DNA of 14,255 nt. Source: Candidatus Eiseniibacteriota bacterium (GTDB lineage Bacteria > Eisenbacteria > RBG-16-71-46 > DASYSL01). The stretch spans positions 1 to 14,255 of the forward strand of contig JBKJJJ010000120.1 of assembly GCA_046598045.1 (NCBI GenBank). Direction: 5' to 3'. A model generated the notes under the pieces. The model was not told where the DNA came from, did not search any database, and saw only the letters and a program-made list of their open reading frames with translations. A program made the position numbers and the translations under genes. Below, piece by piece: positions 1 to 7,136 of the stretch (positions within the stretch are counted from its first letter, which is position 1; every line of letters begins with the position of its first letter).

Positions 1-1
1 C

Positions 2-67
2 CAGGTGGACGTCATCTCGGAAATCGGCAAGGGCACGACCGTGACTGCACGCAAGTGGCGAACATGA
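2..67 (+). CDS. rsbT: 3' fragment of an RsbT-like anti-sigma regulatory factor / Ser-Thr kinase (GHKL ATPase C-terminus), truncated by the window edge
   Basis: Frame 2 translated by hand gives QVDVISEIGKGTTVTARKWRT* (TGA at 65-67). This matches the 'S..GKGTTV...KW' C-terminus typical of RsbT, and the next gene carries an RsbU-N-like domain. Only 21 residues are visible. Confidence 0.65.
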   Translation, partial: QVDVISEIGKGTTVTARKWRT

Positions 68-113
68 GCTGGGGACAAGATCGATGGGCTGAGACACACC
101 CGAGAGGCGGCGT

Positions 114-1043
114 ATGAGTCAGGTCCTGAATGAGTTGCAGCGCAAGTACGTCCAGTCCCTCCGCGACTATCTCGCGGACCCGGGCGAGGCGGCGTTGCAG
201 AGGGCGTACGAGCTGGGCCGCCAGGCCCTGACCGCCGGTACGGGCGTGCTCGGCATTGCCGCGCTCCATCACATGGCGATCAAGGAGGTTATCCCCGCTC
301 CGCCGGTCACCAATGGCGCACCCCCGTTAATCGTGCGCGCCGAGGAGTTCTTTGTCGAAAGCCTGATGCCGTTCGAGATGAGCCACCGCTCATACCGCGA
401 GGCGATTGCCGCGCTGCGCCACATGAACGATCGCATCGAGGGCGAGGCGAAGCGCATCGCGCACGCCCTGCACGAGGAGGCCGGCGGGCTGCTCGCCTCG
501 ACCCACCTCGCCATCGAAGAGCTGGGTCGGGACATGTCCCCGCGTGGCAGCGAGAAGCTGTCCCAGATCCGCCAACTCCTGGGCGAAGTCGATCAGCAAC
601 TGCGGCGCCTGGCTCACGAATTGCGGCCGACGATCCTCGACGACCTCGGGCTGCTCCCGGCGCTCGACTTCCTCGCGAAGGGCGTCTCGCACCGGGCCGG
701 CGTGCCCATCGCGGTCGAAGGATCGCCGCAGGAGCGACTCCCGCCGGCGGTGGAGACCGCGCTCTATCGCATGGTCCAGGAAGCGCTGAACAACGCGATC
801 AAGCACGCCCATGCGAAACACATCACCGTGCGCGTGGTCCGGAAGCCGAAACTGATCACTTGCTCGGTCATCGACGACGGCGTCGGGTTCGACCCCGCGA
901 CGGCGATCGCGATCGACGGCGACCGGGGCCTCGGCCTCGTCGGCATCCGCGAGCGGCTCGACTCCCTCCGCGGAACGCTCCAGATCGTGTCCGCGCCCGG
1001 CAAGGGCGCCGAGTTGCTCATGCAGATTCCGCTGGAGGCCTGA
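114..1043 (+). CDS. Soluble sensor histidine kinase: RsbU N-terminal-like domain + HisKA_3 + HATPase_c (309 aa)
   Basis: The N-terminus (YVQSLRDYL...EAALQRAYELGRQAL...IAALHH...EEFFVESLMPFEM) resembles the RsbT-binding helical domain of RsbU. H-box RIAHALHEE, ELRPTILDDLGL, N-box QEALNNAIKHA, G1 DDGVGFD and G2 GLGLVGIRER are present. No TM segment. GAGG SD upstream. Confidence 0.9.
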   Translation: MSQVLNELQRKYVQSLRDYLADPGEAALQRAYELGRQALTAGTGVLGIAALHHMAIKEVIPAPPVTNGAPPLIVRAEEFFVESLMPFEMSHRSYREAIAALRHMNDRIEGEAKRIAHALHEEAGGLLASTHLAIEELGRDMSPRGSEKLSQIRQLLGEVDQQLRRLAHELRPTILDDLGLLPALDFLAKGVSHRAGVPIAVEGSPQERLPPAVETALYRMVQEALNNAIKHAHAKHITVRVVRKPKLITCSVIDDGVGFDPATAIAIDGDRGLGLVGIRERLDSLRGTLQIVSAPGKGAELLMQIPLEA

Positions 1044-1045
1044 CC

Positions 1046-1678
1046 ATGTCCCTGCGCGTCCTGATTGCCGATGACCATCCGATTTTCACCGAGGGCCTGC
1101 GGAGTCTCCTGGAGAAGGAGGAGTTCGAGGTGGTCGGTGCGGCGAGCGATGGCCGACAGGCGGTCAAGCTGACCGAGCACCACCGTCCCGACGTGGCGGT
1201 CCTCGACCTGGCCATGCCGCTCCTCAATGGCCTCAATGCGGCGCGCGAGATCGCGAAGCTCTCGCCGGACACGAAGACGATCATCCTCACGAACTATACC
1301 GAGGAGCAGTACGTGCTCGACGCACTCTATGCCGGCGTCAACGGCTACGTGCTGAAGACGCGCTCGGCGGCCGACCTCGTCCAGGCGATCCGCGAGGTGT
1401 CCCGCGGGGCGCTCTACCTGAGCGAAGGCGTCTCTCGCGACGTGCTGCAGTCGTTCCGCGCGAACGAGGCGGTGATGAAGGAGCCGCTGAGCGCCCGCGA
1501 ACGGCAGGTCCTGCAATTGATCGCCGAGGGGCAATCGACCAAGGAGATCGCCGCCGAGCTCGGCATCAGCGTCAAGACCGTCGAGACCCACCGCCGTCGC
1601 CTCGTCGCCAAACTCGACATCCACGAGACCGCCGGCCTCGTCCGCTACGCGATTCGCCGGGGATACGTCCAGGCTTAG
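1046..1678 (+). CDS. NarL/FixJ-family response regulator (REC + LuxR HTH), 210 aa
   Basis: LIADDH, phospho-Asp in VLDLAMP, LT, YVLK, and the LuxR HTH LSARERQVLQLIAEGQSTKEIA..LGISVKTVETHR. ATG at 1046 lies 2 nt after the kinase stop with GGAGG upstream, so the 860 start is rejected. Confidence 0.95.
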   Translation: MSLRVLIADDHPIFTEGLRSLLEKEEFEVVGAASDGRQAVKLTEHHRPDVAVLDLAMPLLNGLNAAREIAKLSPDTKTIILTNYTEEQYVLDALYAGVNGYVLKTRSAADLVQAIREVSRGALYLSEGVSRDVLQSFRANEAVMKEPLSARERQVLQLIAEGQSTKEIAAELGISVKTVETHRRRLVAKLDIHETAGLVRYAIRRGYVQA

Positions 1679-2367
1679 TACAACCGCAGGCCGAGCAGGC
1701 GCGCGAGCTCCCGCCGCCCGGCGGTGGTGACGAGCAGCGTGCGAGCCCCTCGCTCCCGCCTCAGCCAGTCGCTATCGAGCAGATGCGTCGCGAGCGCGGC
1801 GCCGAGCGCACCCCCGAGATGTTCCCGCCGCTCCGTCCAGTCGATGCAACCGCGCAGCAGCGGACGCCGACCCCGCTCGAGCGCCCCCACCTCGATGCCC
1901 AGCCGCTCGAACCAGCGCCGTCCCGCAGGCGGGAGCGCATACGCGCCGCTCGCGAGCACGAGCAGGCGGCGGGAGATCAGCCCGTCGCTGACCGCGACCC
2001 CGAGTTGCCCCGCGAGATGGTCGTAGCAGAGGCGGGCGCGCTGGAGCGCCGGCGCGGGCGCGGGCGCCGTGGCGCCGGCGCGGGCGGCCGGCGGCGCGGG
2101 CACGAGCGCGAGCGCTTCGAGCGCGTCGGCGACGGGCGGCCCGGCGAGGCGATAGTAGCGGTGCCGCCCCCGGGGTTCGACGCGCAGCACGCCGCCTGCG
2201 ACCAGCTTCGCGAGGTGCGCGCTCGCGGTCGCGGGCGCGACGCCGGCGAGGCGCGCCAGCTCCCCGGCCGGGCGCGCGCTGCCGTCCCACAACGCGGTCA
2301 CCATGCCCGCGCGCGCGGGATTCCCGAGCAGGGCGGCGACCTCGGCCAATCGATGGCGTGAAATCAT
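1675..2367 (-). CDS. ArsR/SmtB-family winged-HTH regulator with C-terminal Cys-containing domain (YdfF-like), 230 aa
   Basis: LGNPARAGM..AL, AGELARLAGVAPATASAHLAKL, GRHRYYRLA, and the C-terminal ARLCYDHLAGQLGV / CIDWTERREHLGGALG motifs of this subfamily. Start placed at ATG 2367. Confidence 0.9.
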   Translation of the reverse strand: MISRHRLAEVAALLGNPARAGMVTALWDGSARPAGELARLAGVAPATASAHLAKLVAGGVLRVEPRGRHRYYRLAGPPVADALEALALVPAPPAARAGATAPAPAPALQRARLCYDHLAGQLGVAVSDGLISRRLLVLASGAYALPPAGRRWFERLGIEVGALERGRRPLLRGCIDWTERREHLGGALGAALATHLLDSDWLRRERGARTLLVTTAGRRELARLLGLRLY

Positions 2368-2398
2368 GCGTTCACCATACCCCGCCGGGACCGCCCAT

Positions 2399-2418
2399 GC
2401 TTCGTCCGTCGTCGAAGC
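2399..2418. promoter_or_regulatory. Candidate ArsR-family operator, GCTTCG-N8-CGAAGC
   Basis: Perfect 6-bp inverted repeat in the divergent intergenic region, overlapping the expected -35 region of the ArsR promoter (-10 TATGGT at 2379-2374 on the minus strand). Confidence 0.6.
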
Positions 2419-2433
2419 TTTCGTGAAGCCGAA

Positions 2434-2458
2434 TGCGCAATGGTGATGCGATTGCGCA
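2434..2458. promoter_or_regulatory. Second palindrome, TGCGCAAT-N9-ATTGCGCA, upstream of the NIPSNAP gene
   Basis: Perfect 8-bp inverted repeat read directly from the sequence. Function unknown. Confidence 0.4.
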
Positions 2459-2489
2459 CGCCCGTTCACCCCGACGACAGGAGCCGACC

Positions 2490-2828
2490 ATGAGCCTCAC
2501 CGTGTTCATCCGCTACGAGATCGACCCCCAGGCGCGCGACGCGTTCGAGGACTATGCGCGGCGCTGGCTCGCGATCATTCCGCGTTGCGGCGGCGCGCTC
2601 GTGGGCTACTGGATGCCGCACGAGGGCACGAACGACGTGGCGTTCGGGCTGATCTCGTTCGACAGCCTCGCTGCCTACGAAACCTACCGCGCGCGGATCC
2701 GCGCCGACGAGCAGGGCGCGGCGAACTTTCGCGCGGCGCACGAGGGCCGCTTCATTCGCCGCGAGGAGCGGACGTTCCTCACCCCGGTTCAAATCGAAGG
2801 CGGTTCGATTCCGAGCAATCGCAGATAG
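2490..2828 (+). CDS. NIPSNAP-family protein, 112 aa
   Basis: FIRYEIDP...[42 protein letters not shown]...EERTFL. AGGAG SD at 2479-2483 before ATG 2490. Confidence 0.9.
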   Translation: MSLTVFIRYEIDPQARDAFEDYARRWLAIIPRCGGALVGYWMPHEGTNDVAFGLISFDSLAAYETYRARIRADEQGAANFRAAHEGRFIRREERTFLTPVQIEGGSIPSNRR

Positions 2829-3346
2829 AGGTTGAGCATCGCGCGATGGTGGATCTCGTGCTCCTGAACGCGGCCGAGGATCCAGTGCAACGTATAGCGG
2901 CGCTCCACGCCGTCCTCGGTCCGGCGCGTGACCACGCGCGCGAGCTCGCCCTCCGGCTGGTCGAGCCAGCGCTGGGTCGGGCGGTGCCACTCCTCGAGAC
3001 GCGCGAGCAGGCTCGCGCGATCGGGAGCGTCGACCACCAGCCGCCAACCCTGGGCGGGATCGTCCGCGGGCTCGACCCATTCCTCGTACGTGCCTCCGCC
3101 GGCCACGTTGTGGATCCAGCCGCGCTCGGTCTCGGCGATGTGGACGATCATTTCGCGCGCGGTGAGCATCTCGGGGCGCGGCTTGTAATCGAGGTGGTCC
3201 TCGGGAAACGCGTTCACGGCCGCGATCAGGAACGGGCGGTACTGCGTGTCCCAGAAGGGGAAGTACGCGCGGATCGTGCCAGCGTGCGGAGCGCCTGTGA
3301 TCGCGCGGCGCGACGCGCGGAGTTCTTCGGATTCGATCAGGGGCAT
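2789..3346 (-). CDS. DinB/YfiT-like superfamily metalloprotein (putative thiol transferase), 185 aa
   Basis: [10 protein letters not shown]...[13 protein letters not shown] and [21 protein letters not shown] give the three-His metal site of the DinB four-helix bundle. Start placed at ATG 3346. Confidence 0.85.
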   Translation of the reverse strand: MPLIESEELRASRRAITGAPHAGTIRAYFPFWDTQYRPFLIAAVNAFPEDHLDYKPRPEMLTAREMIVHIAETERGWIHNVAGGGTYEEWVEPADDPAQGWRLVVDAPDRASLLARLEEWHRPTQRWLDQPEGELARVVTRRTEDGVERRYTLHWILGRVQEHEIHHRAMLNLYLRLLGIEPPSI

Positions 3347-3392
3347 GGCGGAGAGTACAACATGGCAGGGACCGATCCGCCCCAAGACAACC

Positions 3393-3498
3393 GTTGTGGC
3401 GCGAAGATTGGGTACGGGGCAAGCCGCCACGACAGGACAACGAGTTACGGCATCCATGTCCGCCCAAATCGGGCCATACCCAATCTTCAGCGCACAAC
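3393..3498. repeat. 106-bp intergenic element bounded by imperfect 25-bp inverted repeats
   Basis: Left arm gttgtggcgcGAAGATTGGGTAcgg (3393-3417). The reverse complement of the right arm (3474-3498) is gttgtgcgctGAAGATTGGGTAtgg. The 12-bp core is perfect. Confidence 0.7.
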
Positions 3499-3499
3499 C

Positions 3500-3538
3500 C
3501 AATACAACGGGCCCCGAGGATTGCTCCCCCGGGGCCCG
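3500..3538 (-). terminator. Probable intrinsic terminator of the large secreted-protein gene
   Basis: 9-bp perfect stem cgggccccg/cggggcccg (3508-3516 and 3530-3538), an inner GGA/TCC stem with a GCAA tetraloop on the minus strand, then TTGTATT. It lies about 30 nt after the stop at 3570. Confidence 0.7.
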
Positions 3539-3569
3539 ATTTCCTGCCGAACGACGACCGACGACCCGA

Positions 3570-6500
3570 CTAACGCGTCAACAACAGCTTCCGGGTCGTC
3601 TGTTGCGTGCCGTCATCCAGCCTCACGAAGTACGCGCCGGACGACAGTCGAACGCCGCTGTCCCCGCGGCCGTCCCAGCGCAGCGACTTCACGCCGGCCT
3701 CCGCCGATCCCGCGAACAGCGTGCGCACACGCCGGCCGGCGAGATCGTAGATCCCGACGAGCAGGTGGTCGCTCTTCGGAACCACGAAGGCGATCGACAT
3801 GTCGCCCGAGCTCGGGTTCGGCGCCGTACGCAGGATTCCGAACTTCAGCCCCTGCGGATTGGGCACGACGTCGGTGCTCACGGCCCAGGAGCAGGCCTCG
3901 GCGCAGACATCGATGACCCCCGCCTGGCCGTCGCAGACGAACGTGACCGTGAAGCAGCAGGACGTGCCCGGGAGCACGCTCGCAGTCGCCGCGACGCTGA
4001 TCCAGCCGGTCCAGTTCGGCGGCACCGGGTTCGGCGCCGGGGTGAAGTCCTCGTTGAGCAACGTTGCGCTCCACCCCGGGCAAAGCCCCGCGATCGACCA
4101 CGACGCGCCCAGCGGGCTGTTGCAGAAGATGAGCGTGTGGATATGGCTGGACCCGACGCCCGGGTTGACGAGCAGGTCGGTGAAGTGACGATTCACCTGG
4201 CCAACGCCTCCCGGTCCGGCCCAGTTGATGTCCACGTTGCCGGACCAGCTCGTGTCCGGCGGACACTGCGACTCGGTCACCGAACCCTTCGGCGCGAGGG
4301 CATTCGGCCCGCCCCCGGGCAGCAGCTTCTGCGGCTGGGGCGGCAACGCGCTGAGCGGCACCTCGAAGAACACGTCGAAGAAACTCGAGGGCTGAAGCGG
4401 CGGCACGTTGAACTGGCCGATCGAACCGAAAGTGGGAGCGAACGCGCCGAACCGCTGCGAGTTCATCTGCCCGGAGATCGGGTCGGTGTCGCCGGCCGAC
4501 GACGGATTGTTCCAGCGCATGTGGAAGCGCACCGCGCTCCCGACGAGCGTCCAGTCGAGCCCGCTGAGCGTGGGCTGCGGCCGGGTGCATGCGCATGCCT
4601 TCGCGCACACGTCGATCACGCCCGTGACGCCGTCGCACACGAAGTTCACCGAGAAGCAGCAGGTCGTGCCGATCGGCGTCCCCGGGGCCGCCGAGACCGC
4701 GATCAGCCCGATCCAGCCGGGTGGAACCGGGTTCGGCGCCGGCGTGTTGTCGGTGTTGAGCAGCGTGGCGCTGAAGCCCGGGCACAGGCCCGTGATGCTC
4801 CAGCTCGCGCCGAGCGCGCTCGCGCACGAGGTCTCGACGAACAACGTCGTCGCCGCCGAGCCGGGGCACACGGGCATCTCACCGAAGTGCTTGTTGACGG
4901 TCCCCGTTCCCCCGGGGCCGCTCCAACTCACGTCGACGTTGCCGTGCCAGTGACCCTCGAAATAGCACGGCGTGCCGGCGGCCGGGTTCCCACCCGGAAC
5001 GGTCACGGTCGGATTCGGCGGCAGATTCGCGAGCGGGACGTCGAAGAAGACGTCGAAGAAACTCGATGGAGCGATCGCCGGCACGTCGAAGTGCCCGATC
5101 GGCCCGTAGTTCGGCAGGAACACGCCGAACCGCTGCGAGCTCATGTTGCCGCTCACCGGGTCCGACGGGCTCGTGGGACTCGCGTTCGTCCAGTGCTGGT
5201 GGAACGTGACCACCCCTCCGGCCGTCGTCCAGTCGACGTTGCTCAGCGTCGGCGGGTGCACCTGGCAGTCGCAGGCGGTCGAGCAGATGTCGATCGTGCT
5301 GGCGCCGCCGTTACAGAGGAACGTGAGGCTGAAGCAGCAGCTCGTGCCGGACGGCACCGAGGCCGCAGCCGAGACCCGGATCCACCCGGACCAGCCGACC
5401 GGCACCGGGTTCGGCGCCGGCGAGAAGTCCTCGTTGACCAGCGTGACCGTGAAGCCCGGGCAGACGCCGCTCACCGTCCACGGCATCGGCGCGGTGCAGT
5501 TGCTCGGCCGGAAGTGAATGTACGAGGGCGCGCCTCCGGCGCAGGTCCGCAGGTCGCCGTAGTGCTTGTTGACCTGGCCGCCCTGTCCCGGTCCCGTCCA
5601 CTGGATGTCGACATTGCCGGCCCAGTTGGTGTCGGGCGGACAGTCGAAGTTGGTCTTCGGGTTCGTGCCGTACGAAGCGGTCGTCAGGCCCGCTCCGCCG
5701 CCGCTACCCGGGAAGATCTTCTGCGGCGCGGGCGGGAGCTGCGCGAGCGGCACCTCGAAGAACACGTCGAAGAAGCTCGAGGGCTGGAGCGGCGGCACGT
5801 TGAACTGTCCGATCAGACCGTAGTCCGGCAGGAACACGCCGAAGTCCTGCGACGAGATCGACCCGTTGATCTGGCTCGACGGCGCGTCGTTGTCCGGGTT
5901 CTGCCAGCGGATGTGGAAGCGGATGTTCGTGCCCCCGGTCGGACTCGGCACCGGCACCCAGTTGACGGCGCTGACCACGACCTGCCCGAGGCAGCCGTTC
6001 CCGCCGAGCGTGGCCTCGCTGACCTCGGTGCTGAAGCGCTGGTAGGTGTTCGGCTTGACCAGCGCCGCGGTGCCCAGGTTGGTCTGCGCCCCTGCGGCCG
6101 TGTCGGCGTTGTAGGCGGAAGGAACTGCGCCCGCGTCGGGCCCGTCGATCGAGACGCCCGACTTGTCCATCTTCGGGTTCGACGCCGAGTTCGCGCCCCA
6201 GCTCGCGTAGTCGATGTCACAGACGCGGTCGGAGGTTCCGTTCCAGCAGAACAGGACGATCCACTCCCCGTTCGTGGTGCTCGCGTTCGTGAGCACGCCG
6301 CCGATCACGGGGAACGAACTGCCGGTCGTGATGACCGTCATGTCGTCGCTGGGATTCGCGTTGGAATCCTTCATCTCGAGGAAGTACTGGGCCGGCCCCG
6401 GCGTCGCGCCGCTGCCCGCGAAGCCCGCCTTGGTCACGCACAGCACCAGCGTCCTGCCCGGAAGCAGAGACAGCCCCGACGGGAACCTGAGCGCGAAATC

Positions 6501-6869
6501 GGAGACGTTCGCCGCAGGATAGGGTCCGTTGACGATCCTGAAATAGCCGATGTCGTCGCTGATGTACTTGTCATCGAGGGAGACCGGCTTTCCGGTCGGA
6601 TTGTAGATCTCGACGTACTCGCTCGAATCGGACCCGGCGCCGGTCCCGGCGCCGCGAACGGCCACCTCGCTGATCATGAGGTGCGTGCCGCTGAGTCCGC
6701 CCGGGACCGTGCCCGGCGACATGTTCGCGGTCGCCCAGCCTCCGCCCGCTGCGAAGTTCTCGCTGGTCTCATTGTGTCCACCGATCGAACACGACTGCGC
6801 GCGCGCCGGCGATGTCGCCAGGACGGCGCCCAGCGCGACGAGCACGAGCGCAGGCCATAAATTCTTCAT
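3570..6869 (-). CDS. Large secreted multidomain protein (1099 aa): signal peptide, lamin-tail-like domain, 3 x ~230-aa Cys-rich repeats, C-terminal FlgD-Ig/T9SS-type sorting-like domain
   Basis: Signal peptide MKNLWPALVLVALGAVLATSPARA|Q. LTD motifs LMISEV and EYVEIYNPTGKPVSL. Three internal repeats containing SSFFDVFF(E/D)VPL and PAPNPVP. C-terminus APNPS...IYDLAGRRVRTL...WDGRGDSG.RLSSGAYFVRL. GGAGG SD. Confidence 0.9.
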   Translation of the reverse strand: MKNLWPALVLVALGAVLATSPARAQSCSIGGHNETSENFAAGGGWATANMSPGTVPGGLSGTHLMISEVAVRGAGTGAGSDSSEYVEIYNPTGKPVSLDDKYISDDIGYFRIVNGPYPAANVSDFALRFPSGLSLLPGRTLVLCVTKAGFAGSGATPGPAQYFLEMKDSNANPSDDMTVITTGSSFPVIGGVLTNASTTNGEWIVLFCWNGTSDRVCDIDYASWGANSASNPKMDKSGVSIDGPDAGAVPSAYNADTAAGAQTNLGTAALVKPNTYQRFSTEVSEATLGGNGCLGQVVVSAVNWVPVPSPTGGTNIRFHIRWQNPDNDAPSSQINGSISSQDFGVFLPDYGLIGQFNVPPLQPSSFFDVFFEVPLAQLPPAPQKIFPGSGGGAGLTTASYGTNPKTNFDCPPDTNWAGNVDIQWTGPGQGGQVNKHYGDLRTCAGGAPSYIHFRPSNCTAPMPWTVSGVCPGFTVTLVNEDFSPAPNPVPVGWSGWIRVSAAASVPSGTSCCFSLTFLCNGGASTIDICSTACDCQVHPPTLSNVDWTTAGGVVTFHQHWTNASPTSPSDPVSGNMSSQRFGVFLPNYGPIGHFDVPAIAPSSFFDVFFDVPLANLPPNPTVTVPGGNPAAGTPCYFEGHWHGNVDVSWSGPGGTGTVNKHFGEMPVCPGSAATTLFVETSCASALGASWSITGLCPGFSATLLNTDNTPAPNPVPPGWIGLIAVSAAPGTPIGTTCCFSVNFVCDGVTGVIDVCAKACACTRPQPTLSGLDWTLVGSAVRFHMRWNNPSSAGDTDPISGQMNSQRFGAFAPTFGSIGQFNVPPLQPSSFFDVFFEVPLSALPPQPQKLLPGGGPNALAPKGSVTESQCPPDTSWSGNVDINWAGPGGVGQVNRHFTDLLVNPGVGSSHIHTLIFCNSPLGASWSIAGLCPGWSATLLNEDFTPAPNPVPPNWTGWISVAATASVLPGTSCCFTVTFVCDGQAGVIDVCAEACSWAVSTDVVPNPQGLKFGILRTAPNPSSGDMSIAFVVPKSDHLLVGIYDLAGRRVRTLFAGSAEAGVKSLRWDGRGDSGVRLSSGAYFVRLDDGTQQTTRKLLLTR
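3885..5982 (-). repeat. Three tandem intragenic repeats of about 670-720 nt (~5982-5262, ~5255-4586, ~4576-3885)
   Basis: Aligned by eye, each unit has W...F H..W.N, SQ.FG.F.P..G.IG.F.VP, PSSFFDVFF.VPL..LPP, W.GNVD..W.GPG..G.VN.H, CPG...TL.N.D..PAPNPVP..W.G.I.V.A and GT.CCF...F.C.G....ID.C..AC. Confidence 0.95.
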
Positions 6870-6993
6870 GGGTTCCTCCAGCAGGGCAACGCGAAATATC
6901 GAGGATCCGATCCATGGAACGAAAAGCGGGAGGCGGGGAGGCCTCGTTGCCGTGGGGGAGGAGGGCTGGAGTCACATTGTCCGGCGGCGAGTC

Positions 6994-7022
6994 AGGATAG
7001 ACCCGTCGGGGGCGGGGCTCAA
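6994..7022 (-). promoter_or_regulatory. Candidate sigma70-type promoter for the secreted-protein gene (TTGAGC-N17-TATCCT)
   Basis: On the minus strand, -35 TTGAGC at 7022-7017 and -10 TATCCT at 6999-6994, with an exact 17-bp spacer. This implies a 5' UTR of about 118 nt. Confidence 0.55.
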
Positions 7023-7136
7023 GCGCGATTATCGGCCGTTCCCGACCCCTTTGGACGCTCACCCGGGAGGTCACACCGCAGGAGGCCGCGTTCGTGTCGG
7101 TGATCGTGCAGGTCAACGTTTCACACCCGCCGGGGG

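Noticed and set aside
2035..2110. Very GC-rich quasi-repeat (ggcgcg runs)
   Set aside because: It encodes the Ala/Pro linker of the ArsR protein. Low complexity only.
3885..5982. Recurring DNA words such as cgaagaacacgtcgaagaa and accgggttcggcgccgg as a possible CRISPR or DGR repeat
   Set aside because: Spacing is about 700 bp and in frame, with mostly synonymous differences. They are protein-domain repeats, and no cas or reverse transcriptase gene is present.
3246..6860. 1204-aa plus-strand ORF
   Set aside because: Antisense shadow of the real 1099-aa gene. It is Arg/Ala/Gly-rich with no motifs, as expected from high-GC codon bias.
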